Made by a program: the position numbers and the translations under genes. Shown one piece after another: positions 37,825 through 47,987 of a stretch of DNA of 64,000 nt. Source of the stretch: Thermoplasmata archaeon (GTDB taxonomy: Archaea; Thermoplasmatota; SW-10-69-26; JACQPN01; JAJPHT01); assembly GCA_034667685.1 (NCBI GenBank), contig JAXDQU010000106.1, forward strand, positions 84,043 to 148,042, in the 5' to 3' direction. Position 1 is the stretch's first letter; each line of letters starts with the position of its first letter. The notes under the pieces are model-generated. The model was not told the DNA's origin and ran no database searches. It saw nothing but the letters and a program-made list of their open reading frames with translations.

Positions 37825-39336
37825 ATGCGCCTGTTGCCGCTCGTCCTCCTCACGGCCCTCGTGGTCGGCTGCGTCTCGCCCTCGGCCACGACGCCCTCCC
37901 CGGGCGCGGCCGCGGCGCAGACGATGGGCGGCTGGACCCTCGACTGCGCGCCCAGCGCCGCCGAGCAGGCGCGCAACCCCTCCTGGCCGCAGGCGTGCGA
38001 GGCGCGCGCGAGCCACACGGCGGGCGCCAAGCAGGAGATCTGGACCGCGATCAACCCGAAGAACCCCGACAACGTCGTCATCGCGGCGAAGGACGACGAC
38101 CCCGAGTCGTCGGCGAGCTGCGTCTGGAACGGCGTGTTCGTGACGCTGGACGGCGGCAAGACGTGGAAGGACGTCGTGATCGGCGGCAAGTACGCCGACC
38201 GCGATCCGACCTCGCCCTACTACGGCTACGCGTGCAACACCGACCCGGACTTCCGCTTCACGAGCGACGGGCTGCTCCACTACGGCGTCGAGATGTACAA
38301 CCTCGCCGCGCAGAGCGCATGGGGCCCCGGCCCTGACAACCCGGTCTACCACATGCTGCCCGGGGGCGAAGGCATCCCGATGGACGGCTACAAGATCCTC
38401 CTCGCCACGAGCGCCGATGGCGGGCTCACGTGGCCCACGGTCATCACGTTCCAGCCCGACGAGTTCGTGACCACCGACTTCAGCCGCATGACGGTGAACC
38501 CGGTGGACGATGCGATCCTCGAGGCCATCGGCTCCGACGGCGGGCAGGGGTGCCACGTGCTCCGCTCGCTGGACGACGGCAAGAGCGCGCAGCCCCCCGT
38601 CGAGGTCGTGACGCCGCTGGGCCTGCCGTGCAACTCCGGCGCGCAGACGGCCATCGCGGCCTCGCCCAAGGGCACCATCGTCCTGATGGGCGGGAGCGTG
38701 ACGGACCCCACGTCGAGCAGCGCGAACGACACGCCCATCGTCGTGCGCTCCACCGACGACGGCGCGACGTGGATGGACTACAACGCCGGGTTCGGCTTCG
38801 CGCAGATCCCGCAGTTCAAGGAGAGCCAGGCGCGCGACGAGTCGCTGGTCGAGATCGCCTATGACCTCTCCAACGGCACGCGCCGCGGCACGCTCTACGC
38901 CGTCTACGCCGCGCAGGATGGCAAGGACGAGTCCGACATCCTCCTGCGCGCCTCGCCCGACGACGGCAAGACGTGGACGCCCGCGGTGCGCGTCAACCAG
39001 GACGGCACGGAGGCCCACCACTGGATGCCCAACCTCGCCGTCGCGGGCGACGGGAGCGTCCACGTCTTCTTCCTCGACAAGACGTACGACCCCGCGCGCA
39101 AGCTCATCGACGTCACGCACGCCGTGAGCCTCGACGGGGGCAAGACGTGGCAGACGCAGCGCGTCTCCAGCGTCCCCTTCGACGGTGACCTGGGCGTCCA
39201 CCAGAACGGCTTCCCGTTCGTCGGCGACTACCTGGGCGTCGCATGCGGTGCCACCGACTGCTGGGCCGGGTTCCCCGACGCCAGCAACGGACAGGTCACG
39301 GTCGTCGCCGCGGCCCACGTCACGAAGACGGGCTGA
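37825..39336 (+). CDS. Lipoprotein with BNR/Asp-box repeats (sialidase family)
   Basis: Lipobox VVGC; TLDGGKTW, SADGGLTW, STDDGATW, SPDDGKTW, SLDGGKTW; FVGDYLG. Confidence 0.88.
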   Translation: MRLLPLVLLTALVVGCVSPSATTPSPGAAAAQTMGGWTLDCAPSAAEQARNPSWPQACEARASHTAGAKQEIWTAINPKNPDNVVIAAKDDDPESSASCVWNGVFVTLDGGKTWKDVVIGGKYADRDPTSPYYGYACNTDPDFRFTSDGLLHYGVEMYNLAAQSAWGPGPDNPVYHMLPGGEGIPMDGYKILLATSADGGLTWPTVITFQPDEFVTTDFSRMTVNPVDDAILEAIGSDGGQGCHVLRSLDDGKSAQPPVEVVTPLGLPCNSGAQTAIAASPKGTIVLMGGSVTDPTSSSANDTPIVVRSTDDGATWMDYNAGFGFAQIPQFKESQARDESLVEIAYDLSNGTRRGTLYAVYAAQDGKDESDILLRASPDDGKTWTPAVRVNQDGTEAHHWMPNLAVAGDGSVHVFFLDKTYDPARKLIDVTHAVSLDGGKTWQTQRVSSVPFDGDLGVHQNGFPFVGDYLGVACGATDCWAGFPDASNGQVTVVAAAHVTKTG

Positions 39337-39357
39337 GGGCTGCCGCGCTTCTTCCGA

Positions 39358-39463
39358 GTGACCCCGAGAGGAAACCCGACGAACCCGAGGACCCGGGAAC
39401 CCGCGTTCTTGCGCCTCGGGTATGCGGGGTCCTCGGGTTCATCGGGTTTCCTCTCGGGGTCAC
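39358..39463. repeat. Long intergenic inverted repeat built from (G)AACCCGA-like units
   Basis: GTGACCCCGAGAGGAAACCCGACGAACCCGAGGACCC ... GGGTCCTCGGGTTCATCGGGTTTCCTCTCGGGGTCAC, between convergent genes. Confidence 0.85.
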
Positions 39464-39597
39464 GCACGGAGCCCAGCGCCAGGGCTGGAGCAGAGCACGT
39501 GGAAAAAGGAAAGGAGCGCGCCGCGGCGCGCCCAAGGGCGAGCTTACAGCTGCGCTTCGACACGGCCGGGCTGCGGCCCGGCCTGTCTCGACTCAGC

Positions 39598-40227
39598 TTA
39601 CAGCTGAGCCTCGAAGTCGTCGACGGTCAGCGTGAAGTCGCTGTCCGAGGCGAGCTTGCCCTGCGCCTTGAGGACCTCGCGGGTGAGGATCCAGTAGACG
39701 AGCGCGAGGCTGCGGCGACCCTTGTTGTTCGTGGGGATCACGACGTCGACGTTGCGCGTCTCGTTGTTCGTGTCCGCCAGCGCGATGATCGGGATGCCGA
39801 TGTTGAGCGCCTCGCGCATCGACTGCGCGTCGCCCGCGGGGTCCGTGAGCACGATGAGCTCGGGCTCGATGAACTGCGAGGTCTGCGGGTTCGTGAGCGT
39901 GCCGGGCATGAAGCGGCCCGCGATCGCCACGGCGCCCACCTGCTTGGCGAGCATGCGGATCGGCTTCTGGCCGTACTGGCGCGCGGAGACGAAGAGGACC
40001 TTGCCCGGGTCGTAGCGCGCGATCATCTTGGCGGCGGCGCGGAGGCGCTCGTCGGTCTTCTTGACGTCGAGGACGAAGAGGCCGTCGTTGCGGACGCGGT
40101 AGATGAACTCCTCCATGTCCGCGTTCTTCTGCTGCGTGCCGATGTGGACGCCGCACGAGAGGTACTGGTCCTCCGGGACGAGGCTCTCGTAGCCGGCGAG
40201 GCTCTGCTCGATCTCCTGCTGGGGCAT
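39598..40227 (-). CDS. rps2: 30S ribosomal protein S2 (uS2)
   Basis: GVHIGTQQK, GRFMPGTLTNP, IPTNNKGRRSLAL; GAGGTGA Shine-Dalgarno upstream. Confidence 0.96.
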   Translation of the reverse strand: MPQQEIEQSLAGYESLVPEDQYLSCGVHIGTQQKNADMEEFIYRVRNDGLFVLDVKKTDERLRAAAKMIARYDPGKVLFVSARQYGQKPIRMLAKQVGAVAIAGRFMPGTLTNPQTSQFIEPELIVLTDPAGDAQSMREALNIGIPIIALADTNNETRNVDVVIPTNNKGRRSLALVYWILTREVLKAQGKLASDSDFTLTVDDFEAQL

Positions 40228-40342
40228 TCTGGGTCTCACCTCAATGCGCCACGGGCGCAGCCCGCAGCGGGTATCGCCCGGGGACCGGGCTGGAATGCTG
40301 CGGCGATGCGAGGCGCCCTATTTAACGGCTGGGGCCACCGGC

Positions 40343-40733
40343 TCAGACCAGGTCCTGGATCCTCTCGCGCATCTCCTGCGCGCCGGGCCTTGCGCGGCCC
40401 GCCCCCCTCACGCACCAACAATGCCTTCCGGCCGCGCGAGGTCGTGCTGCTCCAGGCGCTTGACGCCCCAGCGGTCGCGCCACCCGTGGGGACGAGCAGG
40501 CCAGCGTCAGCCCCGCGATGGCAAGGATGGCGACCGCGAGCCCCACGAACGGCCCCAGCCCGCTGCCCGTCGCGGCCGCGGAGGCCAGCGAGGCGCCGAA
40601 CCACGCGAGGATGCTGCCCGAGACGAACGCCACGCGCCAGCGCCGCGAGGGATCGCGGACGCGCGTAGGTGAGCACCGCCACGAAGAGGGGCGCGTCGAC
40701 GTTGAGCGTGAACGACTGCCCGCCCGTGGGCAT
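40343..40733 (-). pseudogene. Probable frameshifted membrane-protein remnant
   Basis: MPTGGQSFTLNVDAPLFVAVLTYA continues in another frame as VRDPSRRWRVAFVSGSILAWF...; no single intact plausible ORF. Confidence 0.35.
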
Positions 40734-40904
40734 CGGGCCGGGCTTCTCCGGGAAAGCCCACAAGCCCATTTCGGGTTTCCGCGCGGACAACGCCCGTCCT
40801 AGGCCTCGTCGTCCAAACTCGATTCCGGATGCGAAACGCGATGTCCCCCGCGGCCACCCAACGTCTCGTGCCCCGCCACGCGCGGAGCACGAGAGTGCTG
40901 AGAC

Positions 40905-41114
40905 ATGAAGACCATCCTCCTGACGCTCGCCGCCCTGCTCGCGATCTCCGGCTCCGCCGCCGCCGACATCCAGGCCCACGCGGTCGCGACCCTGCCCGAC
41001 GGCTCCACGCACACCCTCGACGCGACGATCGGCGACGACGGCACCGCCACCGTCCTCGTCGACGGAGCGCCCGTCGGCGCGCCTGCCGTGCCGGCCCTCC
41101 CCGTCCTTCCCTGA
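40905..41114 (+). CDS. Small secreted protein
   Basis: MKTILLTLAALLAISGSAAA signal peptide; 69 aa. Confidence 0.7.
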   Translation: MKTILLTLAALLAISGSAAADIQAHAVATLPDGSTHTLDATIGDDGTATVLVDGAPVGAPAVPALPVLP

Positions 41115-41191
41115 AGCCAAGGACACAGACAGCATAGCTCCCGCTGCGGGCGCAGGCTTGGGTGCCGGCCCGCGGCTTCGGGGCAGCGGCG

Positions 41192-42553
41192 TCAGACGCC
41201 GACGCAGCTGCCGATGCCCCGCACGAAGCTGCCTACGCACGACCCAGCGTGGACCGCCCCCGCCTCGTCCCGCGTCAGGCTCGCCGATTCCTGGGTCCAG
41301 CCGGTGTTGTGGTAGATCGAGGCCCCGGTGGCGTCACCCGTCGCGACGGAGACGTCTTCGCAGGTGAAGATCGCGACGCCCGAGGCGCAGTTCCATGCGT
41401 CGGAGCCGCGAGCGCCCAACGCGGAGTACCCATCTGTCGGGCCGATCCGGTCGTGCCCCTCGCTGACCCCGCCCGTGTCGAAGCTGTGGAAGCCGCCTCC
41501 CACCGGGTACTCGGCGAACCAGGCCCAGCCCGTGACCCGACCGTCGGACGAGCGGTCCACGTGGCCCATCTGGTACCAGACGAGGGGAGCGGCGCTGCCC
41601 CCGTCGAGGCTGCCGCTCGTGTCGTCGCGCAGCGTCAGCCATTCGTATGCCGCGAGCGTGCCAGCGCCGGCGGTCGTCGCCCCCTGCCCCCGGTGGACGT
41701 AGGTCGATCCGGCCACGAGATACGCGTAGGCTCCGGCGCCCCCGCCGCCGTAGGAGGTGCTCACGAGGAGGGCGTTGGCGTTGAGCAGGTCGACCCCCAC
41801 GGGCGCTGCGACGACGTGATCCACGTCGAGGGAGAGGGCGTCGTCGCTCGTGTCCAGGTCGTCGCCGATCCTCGCCCAGAGCGTGGACCCGCCGACCTCG
41901 CCGGTGGAATCCCATGGAATCGTGAACGTCCGGGTCTCGCCGACCCCAAGGGCGAACGCGGAGGAGAAGAGATCGCGGTAGCCGTTGGAGACCTTCGCGC
42001 TCACGTAGACGTCGAGGCGCGCTTGCGCCGCCGCGGCCGTGCCGTGGTTGTCCACGACGAGCGTGACGTTGCGGACTTCCGTGGCCGTCGTGCCCGTCGG
42101 GGCGCTCACGTCCAGCGAGACGACCCTCAGGTCGGGTACCGCGAGCTCCGCTGCGGAGAAGGCGTAGGAGCCCGCCTCGCCTCCGGGGCTGAAGACGCCG
42201 AGCCGGATCGCCCCCGTCTGGCTCTCCACGGTGGTGCGCGGACTCTCGCCGAGGTACGCTCCATCCGAGTCATAGAAGGCGAGCACGAAGTCCGCGTGGG
42301 TTTGGAACTCCACGCGCAGGGCCATGCCCGGATGGGGGAAGACCTGGTACCAATCCTGCGCATCGCCGTGGGCCGGGTCGAGCGCGCCCGAATCATTTCC
42401 GAAGGTGAGGTTGAGCGGAGCCTCGGCCGTCTCGGGCGCGTCGCCCCCCGTGCCGGCATCGTTCGCCGGAGCCGCGGCCGCGAGCCCCAAGAACGGCGTC
42501 AGCGAGAGCGCAAGGGCCGCAAGGACACAGCGCGTGCCAAAGGATCGGCGCAT
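41192..42553 (-). CDS. Secreted protein with PPC-like and CARDB/Ig-like domains
   Basis: Signal peptide, NDAGTGGDAP, DWYQV, PDLRVVSL...VVDNHG. Confidence 0.75.
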   Translation of the reverse strand: MRRSFGTRCVLAALALSLTPFLGLAAAAPANDAGTGGDAPETAEAPLNLTFGNDSGALDPAHGDAQDWYQVFPHPGMALRVEFQTHADFVLAFYDSDGAYLGESPRTTVESQTGAIRLGVFSPGGEAGSYAFSAAELAVPDLRVVSLDVSAPTGTTATEVRNVTLVVDNHGTAAAAQARLDVYVSAKVSNGYRDLFSSAFALGVGETRTFTIPWDSTGEVGGSTLWARIGDDLDTSDDALSLDVDHVVAAPVGVDLLNANALLVSTSYGGGGAGAYAYLVAGSTYVHRGQGATTAGAGTLAAYEWLTLRDDTSGSLDGGSAAPLVWYQMGHVDRSSDGRVTGWAWFAEYPVGGGFHSFDTGGVSEGHDRIGPTDGYSALGARGSDAWNCASGVAIFTCEDVSVATGDATGASIYHNTGWTQESASLTRDEAGAVHAGSCVGSFVRGIGSCVGV

Positions 42554-42614
42554 GGCGCTGGCATAAGACGCCCCACCATAAGCATTCGGGACGCCAACTC
42601 CAGAGGCCTTTGGC

Positions 42615-43814
42615 TTACAGCTCCTCTTCGATCCGGATCAGCTCATTCAGCTTCGCGATGCGCTCGCCTCCGACCGCGCCCGTCTTGATCCCGAAGCATC
42701 CGAACGCGGCGCCGATGTGCGCGATGGCGTCGTCGGTCGTCTCGCCGCTGCGGTGGCTGATGATCGTCTTGTAGCCGTTGTCGTGGGCGAGCTGGATCGT
42801 CTCGACGGTGCGCGAGAGCGTGCCGATCTGGTTGGGCTTCACGAGGATGGCGTTGGCGGCGCCCAGGTCGATGCCCTTGCGGAGGCGCTCGGGGCTGGTG
42901 GTGAAGAGGTCGTCGCCCACGAGGAGCGTCTTGGCGCCGATCTTCTTGGTGATCGCGACCCAGCCGTCCCAGTCGTCTTCGGCGAGGCCGTCCTCGATGC
43001 TCACGATGTTGAAGCGTTTGGCGAGGTCGGCGAGGTACTCGACCTGGTCCGCGCTCGTCTTCTTGCCGTCCTTGTAGCCGTAGGCCTTGCCGTCCCACAG
43101 CTCGGTGGCGGCGACGTCGAGCGCGAGGCGCACCTCGAAGCCGAACTTGTCCTGCGCGAGGCCGCAGGCATGGTGGACGAGCTCCGCCGCGTCGGTGTTG
43201 CCGATGGGCGCGGTCCAGGCGCCCTCGTCCCCCTTGCCCAGGCTCTGGCCGGGGTACTTCTCCTTGAGAAGGCGCTTGACCTCCTTGTGGACGAACGCAT
43301 TGGCGAAGACGCTCTCTTCGACCGTGGGCCCGAGCGCGACCGCCATGTACTCCTGGATGTCGGTGCCGCCCACGGCGTGCGCGCCGCCGCCGAGCACGTT
43401 GCCGAACGGCCGGGGCAGCTTGCCCACGAACGCGCCGCCCAGGTACGCGTAGAGCGGGAGGTCGAGCGAGTGCGCGGCGCAGCGCGCGACGGCCAGGCTG
43501 GTCGCGACGGCGAGGTTGCCGCCGATCCGCGCGAAGTTGTCCGTCCCGTCGAGCTCCACGAGCACGTCGTCGATCTCGCGCTGGAGGAGCACGTCGACGC
43601 CGACCAGCTCCGCCGTGACCTGCTCGCTCCCCAGGCGGACGCTCTCCTCGACGCCGCCGGGCGCCCACGCCGCGACCTCGTGCGCGCCCGTGGAGGCGCC
43701 GCTGGGCGCGGCCGCGCGGCCGAAGCCGTCCTCCGCCACGACGTCGACCTCGACGGTGGCGTTGCCGCGCGAGTCCAGGATCCTGCGGAAGAATACCTCT
43801 TGGATGGCGCCCAT
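42615..43814 (-). CDS. eno: Enolase
   Basis: ILDSRGNATVEV, PSGASTG, VGDDLF, KPNQIG, SHRSGET, RIAKLNEL. Confidence 0.97.
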   Translation of the reverse strand: MGAIQEVFFRRILDSRGNATVEVDVVAEDGFGRAAAPSGASTGAHEVAAWAPGGVEESVRLGSEQVTAELVGVDVLLQREIDDVLVELDGTDNFARIGGNLAVATSLAVARCAAHSLDLPLYAYLGGAFVGKLPRPFGNVLGGGAHAVGGTDIQEYMAVALGPTVEESVFANAFVHKEVKRLLKEKYPGQSLGKGDEGAWTAPIGNTDAAELVHHACGLAQDKFGFEVRLALDVAATELWDGKAYGYKDGKKTSADQVEYLADLAKRFNIVSIEDGLAEDDWDGWVAITKKIGAKTLLVGDDLFTTSPERLRKGIDLGAANAILVKPNQIGTLSRTVETIQLAHDNGYKTIISHRSGETTDDAIAHIGAAFGCFGIKTGAVGGERIAKLNELIRIEEEL

Positions 43815-43887
43815 GCGATTCGACCTACGGCGCGGCGAGCGCCACGAGGCGCATAATCCTGACGCCGAGACGCGAGGATCCATGTGA

Positions 43888-43985
43888 CGTCGGGAGGCCG
43901 GAAGAGGGGAAGGGAGGAAGAGAGGAACCGGACGACCCGCCCGGTTTCCTCTCTTCCTCCCTTCCCCTCTTCCGGCCTCCCGACG
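43888..43985. repeat. Long inverted repeat with purine-rich and pyrimidine-rich arms
   Basis: CGTCGGGAGGCCGGAAGAGGGGAAGGGAGGAAGAGAGGAA ... TTCCTCTCTTCCTCCCTTCCCCTCTTCCGGCCTCCCGACG. Confidence 0.85.
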
Positions 43986-44313
43986 CGCGCGTCTCGCCCG
44001 TCCGGCTCTGTTCCCGAATTCCGCCGTTCTGGAACGGGGAGGAGATTTGGGAACAGCCCGAGGCTGCTCGCGGCGGACTCTTCCTGGCCCGAAGGGGATG
44101 CGGGTTGCGTGCAGTCTTGCAGGTGGGCCGGGGTCAGGATGCGCAGCGTCAGCTCCTAGGCCGAAGCGGTGAAAGGCACGAGGAGCGCCAAGCGGAGTTT
44201 CGATGCTCATGTCAGAACTCCTTCATCCGAGAAGGCTCGCAACGGCCGCTCGGCCTGGGCTTCCGGGGAATGGCTTCTCCGGGATGGCACGGGCGGATGT
44301 GGAGCGAAGCAAG

Positions 44314-44649
44314 ATGCCTGAGAACGAAGAGAACGAGCAGGGCAGCGAACGCGGATTCGCGAGCATGCCCAAGGAGGAAGTGCGTGAGATCGCCAAGAAG
44401 GGCGGCGAGGCGAGCGGAGGGCGCCCCGAGAACCTCGAAGGCGTGGACCGCAGCGAAGCCGGCCGCAAGGGCGGCGAGGCCGTCGCGGAGAAGTACGGCC
44501 CCGAGCACATGGCCGAGATCGGCAAGAAAGGCGGCGAAGAGAGCGGCGGGAGCCGCCAAGGCGGCAATCAGCAGGGCGGACGCGGCTCGAACCTGAGCGA
44601 GGAGGGCCGCGAGGAGGGCGGCGAGAACAGCCAAGGCGGAAACCGCTGA
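44314..44649 (+). CDS. KGG-repeat general stress protein (GsiB/YciG/Con-10-like)
   Basis: RGFASMPKEEVREIAKKGG, EAGRKGG, EIGKKGG. Confidence 0.88.
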   Translation: MPENEENEQGSERGFASMPKEEVREIAKKGGEASGGRPENLEGVDRSEAGRKGGEAVAEKYGPEHMAEIGKKGGEESGGSRQGGNQQGGRGSNLSEEGREEGGENSQGGNR

Positions 44650-44829
44650 GCCGTCCCGTTCCCGCGCAGGGCGCATCACCCTTCGGGGCTGGGAGGCCCT
44701 TCAAAGTAGACGTCAGCGCATTTCTTGCGATGAGGAGATTGGGCGCGGCCGAGACCTTCGCTCACGCCCGTCCCAGCTTTCAAATAGGGAAACCCCGCTT
44801 GCGGCGTCGTTCCCGAGCATCGAATCCCC

Positions 44830-44902
44830 GGGTCCGTGGGGTAGCTTGGTATCCTTGGTGGTTCGGGACCACTTGACCGCGGTTCAAATCCGCGCGGACC
44901 CA
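44830..44902 (+). tRNA. tRNA-Pro(CGG)
   Basis: Acceptor GGGTCCG/CGGACCC, anticodon arm GGTGG-TTCGGGA-CCACT, T loop TTCAAAT; TTTCAAATA promoter upstream. Confidence 0.93.
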
Positions 44903-44999
44903 CTCGCCCGCGACGCTTGTCGCGGCGCCTCTTCTGGACCAGCGTGCGGTCCGCATCGAGCGAAACGCTAAGGCGCGACCCCTTGCTCACGCGGCGTCC

Positions 45000-45455
45000 A
45001 TGACGCGAAGCTTCGAGCAGGACGTCGAGGTCCCGCACCCCGTCGAGCAGGTCTGGCGCGCCCTCACCGAGCCCGGGCTGATGGGCCTGTGGATCATGAA
45101 CTTCGACCAGACCCCCGGCGAGATGAAGACGGACTTCCGGCCCGTCGTGGGGACCGCGTACCGGATGGATGCGCTGCCGAAGGGTTGGCGCGGCTACGTC
45201 GTGGGGAACGTGCTCGAGGTCGTGCCGAACCGGCGCCTCGTCTACACGTGGGCGCACAGCCCGTTCCAGGACGCGAACCCCGCGCACGTGGCGTTCACGC
45301 TGGAGCCCACCCCGAAGGGCACGCGCGTCCGGATGGTGCAGACCGGGTTCCCCGGCGTGAAGGGCTGGTTCGTCCTCCAGGGCGCGCGGATGGGCTGGAG
45401 GAAGATGCTCGGCTCGGGCTTGCGGGCCGTGCTCGACCGGCCTACGCCCGCCTGA
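45000..45455 (+). CDS. SRPBCC/AHSA1-domain protein
   Basis: PVEQVWRALTEP...VLEVVPNRRLVYTW...GTRV. Confidence 0.88.
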   Translation: MTRSFEQDVEVPHPVEQVWRALTEPGLMGLWIMNFDQTPGEMKTDFRPVVGTAYRMDALPKGWRGYVVGNVLEVVPNRRLVYTWAHSPFQDANPAHVAFTLEPTPKGTRVRMVQTGFPGVKGWFVLQGARMGWRKMLGSGLRAVLDRPTPA

Positions 45456-45789
45456 CGATGTCGACCGAGATCTCGACGGCGGGGACCGTCCCGCGGTTCT
45501 CGAGCCAGTGCAGGGTGTTCCGGTCCTCGGGCCAGCCGACGCCCGGCCCGTAGTCCGTGGCGACGCCGTTCCGGTGGTCCGTGATCGTCCCCTCCAGGAC
45601 GTAGACCGTGCCGGGCCTGTCCTTGTGGTCGTGCACCGGACCGAAGACGGCGCCAGGCTCGAACGTCACCCTTCGCGTGCGGAGCTGGCGCCCGGCCATG
45701 CCCTCGATCTCGGGGCCGAGGTCCACCACGGCCAGCAATTCCACCCGAACGCCCTTCGTCTCGCGCGCCGCCCGCTCGTCGTCGCCCAT
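45442..45789 (-). CDS. Cupin-domain protein
   Basis: EPGAVFGPVHDHKDRPGTVYVLEG...HWLENRG. Confidence 0.85.
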   Translation of the reverse strand: MGDDERAARETKGVRVELLAVVDLGPEIEGMAGRQLRTRRVTFEPGAVFGPVHDHKDRPGTVYVLEGTITDHRNGVATDYGPGVGWPEDRNTLHWLENRGTVPAVEISVDIVRRA

Positions 45790-45833
45790 CGTGCTCGCCG
45801 CAGCGCGGATGCGCGGGCGGGAAGAAAAAGGGC

Positions 45834-46397
45834 TCACGGGCCCTCGCGGCGCGCCGGCAAGGCCGCCGACAGCAGGGCCGCGATCGCCATCAGCGCGGGC
45901 GCTCCCACGTAGAACGAGCGCGACGGCTCGCTCGCGAGAAGTGCGAGGCCGAAGAGCGCCACCGCGGCCGCGCTGGCCCATCGCCATGGCGCGAGCAGCG
46001 TGAGCGACCCCGCGGCGAGCAGCGTCCATGCCATCAGAGTAAGCGCGGGCGGCGGAGGGATGTGCGGCCCCAGGTCGAGGGGATGCAGCGGTCCGAAGGC
46101 CATCCCCGCGAGGACGACGAGCCCGAGCGCCCCGCCCGCGGGGGCGACGAAGCGCCAACCGTCCCGCGGCGCGGCCGCCACGCCCAGCAGCAGGAGCCCG
46201 ACCGCGAAGGGCAGCTCCGCGATGCTGGGGTCCTGCCGGGCCGCGAACGCGCCTATGCCCAGGCCGACCGCGGCCGCGATGGCGAGGGGCGCGCGGGCGC
46301 GGGGGGCCGGCGCCGCGGCGCGGCGGAGCCGGAGCCACGCGAAGGGCGCGAAGAAGGCGAGCGCGTCCAGCGCCGCGGCGGCAAGCCCCGGGAGCAC
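45834..46397 (-). CDS. Multi-pass membrane protein
   Basis: Very hydrophobic ORF; start uncertain. Confidence 0.6.
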   Translation of the reverse strand: MLPGLAAAALDALAFFAPFAWLRLRRAAAPAPRARAPLAIAAAVGLGIGAFAARQDPSIAELPFAVGLLLLGVAAAPRDGWRFVAPAGGALGLVVLAGMAFGPLHPLDLGPHIPPPPALTLMAWTLLAAGSLTLLAPWRWASAAAVALFGLALLASEPSRSFYVGAPALMAIAALLSAALPARREGP

Positions 46398-46478
46398 GCG
46401 CCGAGGTTGGCGCGCGGCGTGCTTGGCGCTGTCGCCAGGGAAGAAGAAAGGGTGGGCCGCGAGGCCCACGAGAAGACC

Positions 46479-46949
46479 TTACTCGGTGACCCACTTCGCC
46501 GAGGACGGGGTCCAGTCGACCAGCTCGTCCTTGTTGAAGTAGATGGCCAGCTCGCGCTTCGCGGCGTCGACGCTGTCGGAGCCGTGGACCACGTTCCGGC
46601 CAATGTCCAGGGCGAGGTCGCCGCGGATGCTGCCGGGCGCCGCGTCCCAGGGCTTCGTGGCGCCGTTCATGGCGCGCACGACCGCGACCGCGTTCTTGCC
46701 TTCGAGGCAGAGCGCGACGACGGGGCCGCTGGTGATGTAGTCGACGAGGCCGTTGTAGAACGGCTTGCCCTTGTGCTCGGCGTAGTGCTCCTCCGCCTTG
46801 CTGCGCGGGACCTGCATGAGCTTGAGGCCCACGACCTTCAGGCCGCGCGCCTCGTAGCGGCGCACGATCTCGCCCGTGAGGCCGCGCTGGACCCCATCGG
46901 GCTTGACCATCGCGAAGGTGCGCTCCCCAGCGGCAGCTTGCGCGTGCAT
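46479..46949 (-). CDS. ndk: Nucleoside diphosphate kinase
   Basis: ERTFAMVKPDGVQRGL, PGSIRGD, RNVVHGSDS. Confidence 0.97.
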   Translation of the reverse strand: MHAQAAAGERTFAMVKPDGVQRGLTGEIVRRYEARGLKVVGLKLMQVPRSKAEEHYAEHKGKPFYNGLVDYITSGPVVALCLEGKNAVAVVRAMNGATKPWDAAPGSIRGDLALDIGRNVVHGSDSVDAAKRELAIYFNKDELVDWTPSSAKWVTE

Positions 46950-46955
46950 CGTGGA

Positions 46956-47207
46956 TCACTCCGCCTTGGGGGCGGCCGCCTTCTTCGCCGACTTCTTCTT
47001 GTTGGCGTTGGGCGGCGTGGGGCCGGGCTGCTTCTCGAACGCCGCGGTCCACTTCACGTTGCGGTTCACGCGCTTCAGGCCGATCTGGTTCTTCTGGCAC
47101 TTGTTGGAGCAGAAGTTGTACTTCGTGCCGTCCTTCTTGATGTAGAGCTTCCCGGTGCCGGGCTCGATGTCCGTCCCGCAGAAGCTGCAAGCGTGTCGGT
47201 CGACCAT
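46956..47207 (-). CDS. rpl24e: 50S ribosomal protein L24e
   Basis: CSFCGTDIEPGTG...FCSNKC...VKWT. Confidence 0.96.
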   Translation of the reverse strand: MVDRHACSFCGTDIEPGTGKLYIKKDGTKYNFCSNKCQKNQIGLKRVNRNVKWTAAFEKQPGPTPPNANKKKSAKKAAAPKAE

Positions 47208-47211
47208 GATA

Positions 47212-47433
47212 TCAACGCATCCCGAGCTTCTTGGCTTCGCGGGCCGTCTCGCGCAGCATCAGGATGTCGCCCATCTGGATGGGGCCCATGGCGTTGCGCG
47301 TGATGATGCGGCCCTTGTCGCGCCCGTCGAGGACGCGGACCTTGACCTGCGTGGCTTCGCCGGTCATCCCCGTGCGGCCGATGATCTCGACGACCTCGGC
47401 GGGGATGCCCTGCTCGTTGTCTTCTTCCGCCAT
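47212..47433 (-). CDS. rps28e: 30S ribosomal protein S28e
   Basis: [17 protein letters not shown]...RETAREA. Confidence 0.96.
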   Translation of the reverse strand: MAEEDNEQGIPAEVVEIIGRTGMTGEATQVKVRVLDGRDKGRIITRNAMGPIQMGDILMLRETAREAKKLGMR

Positions 47434-47444
47434 GTGATATCACC

Positions 47445-47810
47445 TTACTTGCGGAGGGAGGCGACGGCCTCGGCGATCTCGCCGATGATCTGCTGGCCGC
47501 GGCCCGCGTCGACGATCGCGACGCTGGCGGTCGGGACCTCGAGACCGGCGGCGGTGCCCAGCTCGGCCTTGGAGGGGACGTAGGTGTAGGGGATACCCTT
47601 CTCCTCGCAGAGGAGAGGGATGTGCGCGAGGACCTCCTCGGGCTGGATGTCCTGGGCCATCACGATGAGCTTGGCCTGGCCGCGCTCGATGAGCTTCGTG
47701 ACCTCGTTCGTGCCCTTCTTCACGGACCCGCTGTCGCGGGCCGCTTCGACGGCCTCGTAGGCCTTGTCCTGGAGCTCCTTGGGCGCTTCGAATCGGACGT
47801 ACATCGGCAT
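47445..47810 (-). CDS. rpl7ae: 50S ribosomal protein L7Ae
   Basis: [27 protein letters not shown]; first gene of the rpl7ae-rps28e-rpl24e-ndk cluster. Confidence 0.96.
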   Translation of the reverse strand: MPMYVRFEAPKELQDKAYEAVEAARDSGSVKKGTNEVTKLIERGQAKLIVMAQDIQPEEVLAHIPLLCEEKGIPYTYVPSKAELGTAAGLEVPTASVAIVDAGRGQQIIGEIAEAVASLRK

Positions 47811-47987
47811 GGGTGTCTTCACCTTCGAGTCGCAGCCGGGCGGACGCGAAGGAGGGAGGTTGCCGGAGCAACACCTCCGCCCACGGTCCAGGCCGGGAAT
47901 CCCGGGGGGACGCGGGGCGTCACAGGCTGCGAATGGCGCTGCAAGCGCGGACCCCTATTTAGCGATTTGCGGGGTCCCGCGGCCGCC

